A stretch of 64,000 nt of DNA from assembly GCA_965178125.1 (NCBI GenBank), contig OZ237767.1, positions 186,001 through 250,000 of the forward strand, in the 5' to 3' direction. This document shows, one piece after another, positions 36,801 through 48,600 of this stretch. Both the position numbers and the translations under genes were made by a program. The notes under the pieces are model-generated. The model did not search any database. It was not told the origin of the DNA and saw only the letters and a program-made list of their open reading frames with translations. Within the stretch, counting starts at the first letter, position 1. Each line of letters starts with the position of its first letter. Source of the DNA: Bilabrum cf. latius. Its lineage: Eukaryota.

Positions 36801-39326
36801 CTCTGGCTTATTTTCCCGGTTGCTCTTTGGCTTGAAACGAAGTTGGCCATTCCAAACACAGTTCCTGCGTAGGCGGTTCAAGGCTTGGAACATGTGAGTA
36901 GGCAAGGGCCTCCAGGTAACCCTCGATACGAGTGGTAGCTGCCAATGGTGTGCAAGAACTCAAACACGGCCGCATGCGGATTTGAGGTAGACAATATCGG
37001 CATGAACATGTTTTGCAACAGGTTTGCAGGGTGCATGTGGGACACGGACATTTATCCCTCGACAGTCACTAGCACCGTGCCATTGCGGGTAGTATCGACC
37101 GACTTTTACCAAAAACGTGCATCTCTCTTGCTGCACAGGCCAGGGCAGTATGCCCTGTTTTGCGTGTCAGCCACGGCTGGGTTTCTCATCGTTGGGATAT
37201 GCGGCATGCTTTTGCTTATCACTCTGACACTCGACTCGGCCGTAGCGTTGAGCATTCGGGGCAATACCAACGTGTTTCATGATAATGCAGGCAGCGACGG
37301 GCTGCCTGTGCTACGCAACGGTGGTATATCAATCACAGTCATTGGTACCTTTTTGTTGTTGGCACTTTTTTTCTTGTTGGTAGCTCCGTCAAACGTCCTT
37401 AACACCATCATGGCATTCGAAGATGTGTACAAAGAGCGGCGGAAGAGTCTTCGAAAGAGCGGCCTTGACATTCCCCGGTCCGGGTGGTGGTGCTGGGACG
37501 ACCATGTGACGGAAATATCCATCTTCTGTAGCGCCCACATCGGAGTTCTACTTCCAGTTCTTGTATTGGGTGCGATGATTGTTATGGCAAGTGCTAGGCC
37601 TGACAACACGGACGTGCTCGGCACTTCATGGAACGTCATTGGTAGTCTTTGCACGGTGTACTTGGGCCTTTGGATCTCTGGGTACCTCTGTGCGACTGGC
37701 CGCTCGTGCTGTGCGGCCACTAAATTTGAGTTGACATGTTGTGGATACATGGAGAACGTCGGGAACGTCAGCAATCCAGTGTTGCGAGTGCCGGTGCTGC
37801 CAATTCTAATGACTGCTTTCTTTGCGTATTATCCAATTGTGGCCACCGCATTCGCTGCGTTTTACTCGCATGGCAGGGCAGTGGCAATCCACTGCTGGGC
37901 AGTGTACCTGCTTGGGTACTTGCTGGCTGGTGCTGCGGGTTACTTTTACCATTCTGAGATTGGTATCCTCGAGGCAGTCAAACTAGCGACTGGGAGCTAT
38001 TTTCAGGGGTATTAGTTTGGTACAGCAGGCACTAATACTGCAGGAGGTGCCAATGCTGCTGTTGCAGGTGCCAATGCTGCTGTTGCAGGTGCCAATGCTG
38101 CTGTTGCAGGTGCCAATGCTGCTGTTGCAGGTGGCAATGCTGCTGTTGCAGGTGGCAATGCTGCTGTTGCAGGTGGCAATGCTGCTGTTGCAGGTGGCAA
38201 TGCTGCTGTTGCAGGCGGCAATGCTGCTGCAGGCGGCAATGTTCGGGCCCGGGCAAATACACTAGACGATCTAGACGATATCGGGGCAATTTACGTTGAT
38301 GACGAAGAGGATACTTCGCGCCTGACAGTGAAGCAGCTGGCGCTATCCCGCATTCGATAGCGGATGAGGTGCGACGCCCCTGATCTTGAAGCCTAGATCG
38401 GGCCTGTCGAAGACATGGTCAAGGAAGCTAGGGAAATTGTGCTAGGTGCCCACAAGATACGATGGCAAGGGCCCCCAGTCGACGGCTCAGACGTGCATGA
38501 CGCGCTGATGAACCTCCTGATGGACCTCCTGCATGCCACCAAGCAGCTGTGCCGTGAGCACATGCAGGGCATTTTCCACGGCGTCGGGTACACGGCCCCC
38601 GAGCAGGAAAATCTCTTCGATGAGTGGGTCACGTCCAGGGTGGAGTGCATCGAGTGGGCGAGGGCATTGGCGGTGGTGATGGCTGACAAGGAGCTGGCAG
38701 GTCTGCCCGGTGGCACGGAGCGCCAACGCAAGCTCGCTGCTTCCACAAAGAACATGCGTGGATTAGCCACCAGACTCAGGGTACGAGCTCTTGGTATGTG
38801 GACTGACGACGACTCTGGCAAAGCGACAGCTGTTGTGGATAACGAGTGGGCCGATAACGATGAGGAGCCAGTAACTCGCAAAAATGAGGCAGCGAACCAC
38901 CTGCAGCTAGCGACGGCTAGCCATTGGCAGAGGGTAGCATTTGTGGGAATGCGGTGGAGGGAGATTCAGGGCACTATTGCTGACACCGGCAAATTCTGGT
39001 GGCTTCAGTCGGCCAAAGCTAGAGAGGAGGTCGAGTTCAAGGACGGCCTATCGCTAGAGCTACCGCATCCACGGATCGCAAGGCAGGGGTGGAGACGTGC
39101 TAGCATTCTAGAGATACCCTCTGAGGTGCGTGACACCGACCCCCACAGCCGTGTGATTGGCTGGAAAGAAGAGGAAGAAGGCGAATTCTCTGGTGGCCTT
39201 GGGCGAAAACTGGGTGGGAGTTTGTCCACAGCAGCCTGCAGGCCAGTCCACTACGTCCCGTTCCATGTTGCCATGGAACGCATGATGCACGTACTAGGAA
39301 GTTGGTCTGAGTAGTCGAGTACGTGA
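33879..39326 (+). CDS. F-box-like N-terminus plus multi-pass membrane protein, paralog A, ~1815 aa
   Basis: First ATG (33879) after an in-frame TGA at 33807; one frame through many TAG to TGA 39324-39326. N-terminal CFMTILEFLPTSDACRLKRSDRDINAFL resembles an F-box. Several hydrophobic helices at 36500-38000. Confidence 0.75.
35970..36152 (+). repeat. Coding tandem repeat, 45 bp x4 (TGASKATPHGLG*DK)
   Basis: Four identical copies of ACTGGAGCAAGCAAGGCCACGCCCCATGGTCTTGGATAGGACAAA. Confidence 0.95.
38040..38242 (+). repeat. Coding tandem repeat, 21 bp x ~9 (AGANAAV / AGGNAAV)
   Basis: GCAGGTG(C/G)CAATGCTGCTGTT units; GCC variants come first, then GGC variants. Confidence 0.95.
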
Positions 39327-39639
39327 ATTCAATCTATCCGGATTTCAGGGTAGCTACCAGGTTGCAAGTTGCAACTATTAATTTGCTAGTCTCAAAACAA
39401 AACATCGGGGAGAGTAGCTCGTAGCTACGCGTAGGATCCGGATCCGATAGATCCAAAGATGGCATAGCTACTGCGAGACTTTCTCGATTTCCGCCACAAA
39501 TAAAGAGTGCAGAAAGCTCTCTAGTAGGCCTGCTCGTTCGGGCCTACCAGCCTGCCAAGGCGGAGTAGCACCCACGGCGCCGCTGCCGGCAACCGCTTCC
39601 AGGCACTCCGGCGGAGGCAATACCGTCTTACGAGCCGAC

Positions 39640-42600
39640 TCAAGACGGCGAACCTATTTCAAGGGCGTCCTCATCCTCCTCGTCATCCACATGATCGGCC
39701 GCGCTAGACCCAGCGTTGCTCTCCTCTGTTTGCAACCCTGCCTTTTGTGCCATCCCTGCTATGGGGCTGCCAGACTCTACGCCATCACCCCCACGAACGG
39801 CACCACCAGCCCCACTTGCCCCGCGCTTCCCCTGCCCCTCCGCCTGCACCGCATCCAAATACCTCACAGTTGCCCGCTTCACCTCATCGGCCGTGGGCGG
39901 CCTGTCCCTAGCACCAACAAAGGCAGTCCGGTGCAGAGCGAGCAGGGTATCGCGGTCTCCCGACCGACGCAGGAACAGCTCCACCACGTTCTCCATGTCG
40001 TCGGACGGAGAAAAGGACCCGGCGCACAGCCGCAGCAGCTCACGAATCCTGCCTTTGCTGCCCTCACTTGGATTGCCGGTGTGCTGCCGAAGCAGCTGCG
40101 CGTAGATCTCATCCCTTAAGCTTGGGTGCCCGATACCGAGCAACAACACCTCCTACGCAGCCGCCGCCGGGTCATCGTGCAGCAGGGAAGCGTCCCCGCA
40201 ATACCCGAGAATGTTCCTCGATAGTGCCACAGAAAGCCGCACGCCCATGTCCTGCTGCACCGTCAGCGAGGTTGGCACAACTCTGGGACTGAAGGACAGC
40301 CAGGGCTCCTGGCCCGGCCTCGCCGCTGTGGGGGAGCCGAACGTGACACCAGGCTGCTGCCTCACCCTCCGCTGGTACCTGGCGTTGCCCTCCCCCTGCT
40401 AGAAAGCACTCTTGGTTCTGAGAGCCCTGCAGAACCTCAGCTCGTAGGCACGAAGACCCTTCCGGATCGCTGTCCCGCTCTCCGCTTCTTCCCTGTCAGC
40501 CGGTGCCACGCCAGCCTCCACGTCGGAAAAGTGCAGCCGCTTGATTTCCACGGTGGCCTCAGCGACTGCCTGGGCGTCGCCTCGCCGGATGGCGCCATGC
40601 AGCCGCATCTTGAGTAGCTGACGGCCTGGCAGCTTCAGCAGCTGCTCTAGTTTGGGAGTGGTTGGCAGATCGAATCCAGCGCGCTGCGACAGCTCGAGAG
40701 CCTCCCGCAGCCTGTCTCCGTCCATGGACTCAATCGCTGCATCCGACTTGCCGCGGACCATGGTCATGTGCTTTACCACGGCGCGACCTTCCTTGTACTC
40801 GTCACACTTGGCGTCTAATCGGGTGCCCTCCTCAACGGCTACCTCAAGGGCGGGAAGGTCTCGGTCCCGCAGCGCCTTGCTCAGGGCATCCCTGTTCCCA
40901 ACGATGGCCACGAATCTCTCGCGCGTGTCATGTACGGCCGCGCGCGCCTGGGGCTCGCCCGTTTCGTGAAGGCCCATGGCGTATGCAGCCCGCAATGCCG
41001 CCTCCATGCCGGCCTCGTCTGCCTCGCTGGACGCCTGCTCCAGCCTCTCTAGCACCTCCCTCACTTCTCGCCTGTCGGCCAGCAGGCGCCTCACCAGTAG
41101 CAGCTCGCTGGCAGCGGCGGGCGGGCATTGCCTCAGCGCCTCGCGATCCATGGCCTCCTGCTCCTCCCTCGAGGGAACAATATCACCGCCATGCGATGCA
41201 CCCTTACCGCCGGACTCCTTGCTCTCCGAAGCACCTGCACCCCCGCTCGGGCCGCGACGCCCAGAGGACGCACCGTCCTCAACACCGCCGTCGCCCTGCT
41301 GATCCACTCCGACTCCCAGGCCGATCGCCTGCCTCTCGGTCTCGACAGCCCTGGCTGCCGCAGCCTCGGCCTCGTCCCAATCCCCATCCAGCAAGGCGGC
41401 CCGCACCGCGCGGATGCCGCGAGCCACGCGCACCGCGGCGCGCAGCTCCTCGGGTGCAGCGTCAAGCCCGTCAAAGCTGCCGATGGCGTCATCTAGCCCA
41501 GAGACAGTGACGCTTGACGTGTCCAGCACCACGGCCTCTCCCTGCTTGCCACCCACGCGCCGCTCCACGGGCCCGTGCTGCGCCAGCGCCTGCCTCAAGT
41601 CCTCTGAAATGCCCCGCACCACCACGTCCCTCCTCACTAGGTCGAGTTCCTCCTCGGCCTCAGGCGCCATGGGCTGCGCCTCGGCCGCCTCCAAGCCCTG
41701 CTGCACGCTCGTCCAATCGACGTGCTGCTGCGCCCCAAGCCCGTACCGGATCAGCAGGATCGCGCGTGCAGAGTCGAGAAGAACCCTGGCACGATCGGAG
41801 CTAGCACCCACCCTCTGGGCGTACGAGATCGCCTGCTGCAGAGCATCAGTCTGGATCGCCCCCAGCTCCAGGTTACCCGGCTCTCCAGTGGCACGCCCGC
41901 CCGCCAGTGCCTTGCCCAGCTCCGCACACACAGACCTAGAGTCGAACTCCGTCATGAGTGCCTCCAGTTCCCCCTCCGCCGACTCGTGAAGAGGCGCCTC
42001 CTGCGCCTGCCCGAGGATCCGCACCATGGATCCGGAGTCGTTTTCCAGCAGCGCCCGACGGAGACCCAGCAGCACGCGGGCGGTACGGAGCAGCATCTGC
42101 ACCCCGGGTGCGCCTGTTCCCGGATCGCCCGCCTCTGCCGCAGCTTCCGTGGCCTGAACCGCTGTCTCTAGCGAGGTTGTGCTGACGAGTGCGGGATCCA
42201 GCCGCGGTGCAACACCACTGCCACCATCCCCTACAGCCGACCCTGCGCGAACCACCCCTGAACCGTCCCGGATGGCAGCGCTGAGCTACTCTTCGATCCG
42301 CCTGGCTTCCACTTCCGCCCTGAATCTGGCCACCTCGGCGGTTGCAACCGGCGCCACGTCAGTCTTCTCGGCGTCAACGAGGAGCTTCTGCACGCTCGGC
42401 CAGTCGTTTGCCTGTGCTGCGGCCCTCACTCGGCGAATTGCGACCGCCGTGCGGAGCAGTTGCTTTGCCTCGGGTGTGTCGGCACCCACGGCGTTCGCGT
42501 GCCGGATGCCCTTGTCCAACGAAGCCAGGTGAAGTCGCCCTGTCTGCATGGCACCGATGGCCCCGGTCGGTCCACCGGTGGACAGCGCGTGACCCAGGGG

Positions 42601-45600
42601 GCCCTCAAGGATCGCCTTTGCTTTCAGCTCCCCCACAGCGAGCCTTACCTCCGGGAGGGCCTCTCTGCAGATGAGTGCGGCTTGCTGGCCCGAGGTCTCC
42701 ACTGCCTTTTCTACGCCCGGCCAGTCGCTCGACATCAGCGATGATCTGACGGAGCGGACCACGCCAGCTGACGTGGCGAGGACCTGAAGCTCCCGCAGGG
42801 GCAGGCCCCGCTGCGCTGCAAGCACATCGCGACCCGGGTCATCACCGCTGTCGTTGTCACCCTCCTCCTGCTCATCGCCGTCGTACCCGCTATCTTCCTC
42901 TCGAGCCGCCTTGGACAGCAGCCGCTAGCACGACTGGAGACCGTCATCAAGACGCACCACCGAGCAGCCCACCAGCTGAAGAGCGCCGGGAGAACCGCCA
43001 ACACGGTTGCTCGTCATAGCCTGCCGCAGCGCGTCGCATACTTTCCGCCCTTCGGCCCCGCGAGCAATGACTGCCGACAGGAGCGCGCAACTACGGACCA
43101 GCTAGAAGTCTCCGGTGGCCCGCTCGGCCTCCAACTCAGCTGCGCGTGCATTCGCGTGCGACCCTGATCGAGACTTCCGGCTGGCGGCTTCCCGTGCACC
43201 TGCGGCCTCCTGCAGCACACCGAGCACGTGCTCTCTGGATTCTGTCTCAGTTTGCACTAGCCTGTCGCTGTCGAGCTGCGTAAGTGCCTGCAGATGGGCA
43301 AGCAGCTCGCGAGAGACGCGAAGCAGCCTTCCAGTCGCGTGGTTTGACGCGCCCGCACCTGCATCCGCTGCCGCGTCCACGGCAGTCTCGAGCGCATCCA
43401 TCTGCGCCACCACGGCTGCGATCTGCAGGCGAGCCTGCCTCAGCTTCCTCTGGGTCTCGATCGGCGTGGGCTTTCGTGAGCTAGTGGAAGCGGCCACGCC
43501 TGTCGTCGTCGAGTCGGTGCCCCTTGACGTACCATCGCGCTCCAGCAGCTGCTCCAGCGAACAGCCCGCCTGCACGGCTAGCGAGACAGACTGCAGCATA
43601 CGCTCCACTGCCAGGGTTCCAGCACCTCCACTTGAAGACGAAAACGACGTAGAAACGGCAGCATCCTTCTCGCCGGTGCTCTGCGAAAAGGTCAGTGCGG
43701 GGCGTGTGCCCGAGGCAGCTAGGGCTCCAGAGGCGCGCACCATCGTGCCATGCACCTCGGAGCCGTCCTGGGACTCGGCACACGCGCCGCGGAGCGCAGC
43801 TCTCAGCCTGCTTCCGCACTCGTCATCTTCAATGGCGTCACGGTACCTTCTCAGCTCGTCCCCAGAGTGCTCGCTCAACTCGTGCAGGGCCAGCTGCGCC
43901 ACACGGGCGCGGGTGCCCGGATGCGCGGCACCGTCAACCGCTCCTTCCTGCGCCCCTTGCCTATGCTGCTGCAGCTGCTGCTTGGACTCGCACTCAAGTG
44001 CATCCAGCACAGCTGCGGCGGCCTTCCAATCGCTCGCCCTCGCTGCCTCTCTCAGTTCCACGAGAGCCCTGCCAGCCCGGGTGAGCGCAGAGGCTCGGAG
44101 TGACCTCTGGGGCAGGTCTTCAGCTCGTCGAAGCGAGCTGCGGAGGAGCTGGTCGGTTGCATCCCCGCCGCCGCCGGAGTTACCCGCGCCCGCCGCCGCG
44201 CCAAGAGCAGCCGTCGCATCGGAACCGGCAGCAGCAGCGGCACCACCACCGTCAGATGCGGCCCGCCTCAGGTCCTCCACCGCTCTCCTGTCCCGCAGCT
44301 CCAGACGAACCAGCTCAACTTCCTCGCGGGATTCCTGGGGGACAATCGAGTGCAGCCTCGCCGAACGTTCCGCAGAGCTTCGTTGGGAGCGCCCCAGGGT
44401 GTCGGAGAGGGTCCGTCGGTGGGTTCCGTTGCTGCCACTGGCAAGCCCTGTGGCCTTGGCAGCAACGGTGGCAGCGGCCTGCGCACCTTGCCAGTCGTCG
44501 GCCACGACAGCGGCTCGCATTGAAGCGACGGCGGCGGCTGCGGAGGAGAGGAGCTCCAGCTCTGTGGCGTCAGGTGGTGTGACGAGTGAGCTGAGCCGGG
44601 CGGACGTGTCCTGGGTGGAGGCAGGTCGCACCGTTTCCTCTTGCTCCCGCTCTCCCGCGGCATCCTCTCCCGCTGCGCCCGAGGACCTGACCCGCGCCTC
44701 GGTTGCTTCGTGCATCTCCTGCAACCTCTCCTGGAACGAAGCCATCAAAGCTTCACCCTTGCGCACCGCAGCGGCCAGGGAAGCTGAAGACACGGCGTGC
44801 AGTGCCAGCTCCCCCGGCTGGCCCTCGATGCGCCCCTGCCGAAGGGCCTGCCGCAGCGCCTCCGCACGGGCTCTCAACAGGCAGGTGTCCTGCGCTGCCT
44901 TGGCCTCTTTGCCCACGCACAGTGCCACGCCGGACGGTGCAGGCGCCGCGTGAGCGGCGCTGGTTCCGGTTCCGTTGTGCTGCGCGGCGTCGGTTTCGGC
45001 TGCCTCCAGCTCGTCAACGATACCGCCGTCCAGCAGCTGGTTGGCGGCTTCGGCGGCCTTGGGCCAGTCCGCCGCTCTCTATGCTTGCCTTAGCCTCAGT
45101 ACGCAGCGGGCGGCCGCGAGCAGCTGCCTCGATTCGTGGGTCCGAGCTGCGATCGGCACGGCCTGCAAGGGGGTGGCTGGATCCCTCCCCGCCTGCTCCC
45201 CGCTGCTGGTGGCAGACCCACGAGGGGACTGCATCGTTCCGTTTGCACCTGCGATTGCGCCAGGCCCGTTCTCAGCAGAGGGCAGGAAGAGGCCACCCCT
45301 TGCCAGAATGGTGAGCACTCGAGAGCCTCTGCTGGCAGAGCCTCCTTTGTTCCCTGAGGCACCCTTGTTCCCTGGACTCCCTGGGACGGCCCCGAACGGA
45401 AGGTCGTCCTCCTGTTCAGTGGCTCGATGCAGAGCATCCCGTATGTCGCTGTCGCCTGCGTCAACGGCGTCAACTGCGCGCTGCAGCGTGGCAACGTCCA
45501 CGCCGACGTCCCCGCCCCTGTCCGTTGAGCCCAACGGCTGCGAGTGGCTATTGCTTCTTCCGGCGCTGCGGTGCATCCCGCCGTGCCTCAGTGCCGAGCG

Positions 45601-48600
45601 AAGCGTGGATAGAGACCGAACGTTCGCTGATTCCTCCGTGCACAGCGCTACTTCGCGCGCGATGGCAGCGGCCGCCGACTTGCCTGACTCTGCGTCGGCC
45701 AGCTCCAGCCGATGCGCTGCCCAGCCGGCAACTCTGCCGGCGTCCAACACGGCCCTCCAGTCCTTGGCCTGCACCGCCCCGCGCAGCCGCCGCAGTGCCC
45801 TGCACCCGTCCAGCAGCCTCAGGGAGACCAGACTCTTGCACCCCAGCTCGCTTGCGATAGACACTGCCTCTGCAAGTACCTTCTGCGCGTCCTCTGGGAC
45901 AGACAGGTCGCCGGCATGGCCAGTGACGGCTGCCTGCCCGATGGCCTCCTGCAGGACCTGAGCAGCCCTCCTGTCGCTGGCATGCGCCTGCAACACAGCG
46001 ATTTCGTCCTCAGACTCGGGACATGCAGACGCGCCGGCCCGCTCCAGGGGCATGTCGGCCCAGGGTTCCCTCTTGTCCGCAGCAGGAGGTGCAGCGGGGG
46101 CAGAAACCGGGGGCTGGGCGCTTGCAGTTGGCGGTGCACCCGCACTGCCAGACTTGGACGGCTTGCCACTTGTGCCTCCCTTGCCCGCGCCGCTGTCTCC
46201 CCCCACGTCCTTTGCCGCCTCTTGAGCGGCAGCAGTGGAGGCCGCAAGGGCTGACTCAAGGATGCTGCGCCTGCGGCCGCGCCGCCCCTTCTTCTTGGGC
46301 GATTGGTTCTCACCAGAATCCTCACCAGTGGTCAGGCGCTCATCGGACGCTACGGCCTTGCCAGAGCTCGCATCGGCTGCCGTACCACCCTCGTTGTTCC
46401 CTGCCGAAGAACGTTCCTCGGGAATGGCGATCCCCTCGGCGCGGCACACGGCCACTCCCAGCCCGCGGGTCCTCAGCGCAGACGCCAGGGAGTGCACAAG
46501 CCCCCAGTCCTCTGCAACGGCCGCACTCCTGAGCCGCAGGAGCAGCCGCGCCGATAGCACCAGCTGCGCCGTAGCATGAGAGCACACTCCCTCCTCCCTT
46601 GCGAGTCGCAGGGCATCCCTCAGCCCCTAGGTGCTCACGGCACCGAGATCTGCTACGGCCACTGGTCCCGCACCTGCGGTGGCAGCCGCGGCTTGCCCGG
46701 ATGCCTTGCCCAATGCGGAACTCCCCAGCAGAGGGGCGGATGAGCCCGCATCGTGGACTCGTGTATCGCCCTCGTCGCCAGACGCGCCGCCAGAGACGGC
46801 TCGGAGCATGAGGGTCAGCTTCCTGCGCGGAGACACGAAGCCGGGCGCACCTGCAGCCGGAGCTGCCTCCGCCCCACCGGTGATGGACTGCTGCGACCGC
46901 ATCTCGTCTTCGAGCCGAAGCCCCATGGTTCCCCTCGCTGCGGCGGACAGACTGCCGTGAGGCACCGCTCGCCCCTCCCGCAGTGCACGCCTGACCGCCG
47001 CACTGACGAGTGCGTCTGCGGCCTCCTTGCGGGCCGACTCGACCTCTGACCTGCTTATGGGGTGCAACGGCAAGCGGCCCGCAGTGGGATCACTGGCGGG
47101 CGCGCGCGCATCGGTAGACGAAGAAGAGGAAGAAGAAGAAGACAAGGCCGCCCCGCCCTCCAGCAGAAATCCTGCCTCGTGCGCTTTGTCCGCCGCCTCT
47201 CGCACCGCCTCCCAATCCATCGCGGTCAGGGCATGGCGCAGGACTAGAACCGCCCTGCAGGTCCTCAGCAGGCACTGGGTCCTGCGGGACAGACGGGGCG
47301 CGCGCGCGGCAAATGCGATGGCGTTCTCCAGGTCCTCGGTCTGCGCCTCCTGCACCTGCAACGCCCCGACCGGGCCTCTCGCCCTCCCGTTCTACAGAGC
47401 AGACCGCAGCCTGTCGTCCACCGACCGACTGACCATCTCTGTCTCTGCGAGCGCAAACTCGGCGGCAGCTGGGCCAACCGATGCCGTGAAAGCCGCAGGT
47501 TCGCCCGGTGGTGCTCGCTGGAAGGAAATGGCCAGCTCGTCACCTGCCGCGCCGGCCTCGTCCTAGACCTAACCGCTGCCCTGGCTTGCGCCAGCAACTT
47601 CCGTGCCATCGCTTTGCTTCGACTTACGCGACCGCACCGCCTGGATTCGTGCCTGCTCCACGGCAGAGGCCACACCCTGCCAGTCCTGCGCCGCCACTGC
47701 CCTCCTCAGCCTCCTTGCGATGACAGCGGCTCGGCACAGAGCGGCGAGGACGGGCGATCTGGCTGCGATCCGATCCGCGATGGAGATGGCCCGGTCCAGC
47801 GGGGTCACGTCAGCGGTGGGCGCATCGTCGATGGATGCACCCGACAGCCGCACCTGCCCCTGAGTCAGGGCATCGTGCACTGCATGCTCCGCATGCCTCC
47901 GCTCCGCGATCGCGATGAGAGAGGCCGCCTCCCGGCCTGCGAACGGAGGCACCAGCTCGCCCCGCACCGCTGCCTGATTCCGCGGATCCTAACCGGCTTT
48001 GGCCACCTCTCCCCAGTTCCCGGATCGGGCTGCGTCTCGCATGGCGAGCACAGCCCTGGCTGCCGACTCGAGAGCCATCGCCTCTGGCGTGTGAGTGCCC
48101 AGAGCCTCGGTCTGCTGCAAGGCGTCGATGAGCGGCGCGGGGTCTGGCGCGCTGGCGAACACCGGTCTGCTGAGCTTCTCTGACACTGCCGACATGTCTA
48201 GCAGGTCCTCCCCCCCGTCAACCGACCCAGCGGCACCGCCACCCTTGCCATCCTGAGAGGAGGAGCCGCCCGGCCCACTCGCGTCGTCGTCGCCTTCATC
48301 CTCGTTGCTTGCGAGGAGCTTCGCCGCGCCATTCCGGAGACCTGTGACGAGTGCGGCCACGCAGTCGATGTTGTCGATTTCCTCCCTCGACCACCGCAGC
48401 TCGTTTGCGACCGAGATGGGGAGCACTTGCTTCATGAGGGCGACGTGCGGCCCGCTCGGGTCGTGCTTCGTTGACCCAACGGCAGACGCACTGCCACCAG
48501 CAGCACCCCCACCGGTAGAAGCAGCAGAAGTGCCCACCCGTTGCCCAGCCGGAGATGATGGCGGCGAGGCATCCCCATTCTCAACATCCCCATGTCCCCC

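Noticed and set aside
38032-38289. Poly-Gln/His ORF (LQQQHCH)n on the minus strand
   Set aside because: Antisense reading of the 21-bp coding repeat of paralog A.
28490-39326. Transposon with terminal inverted repeats
   Set aside because: The inverted similarity is internal to paralogous genes; no transposase, terminal repeats or target-site duplication were recognised.
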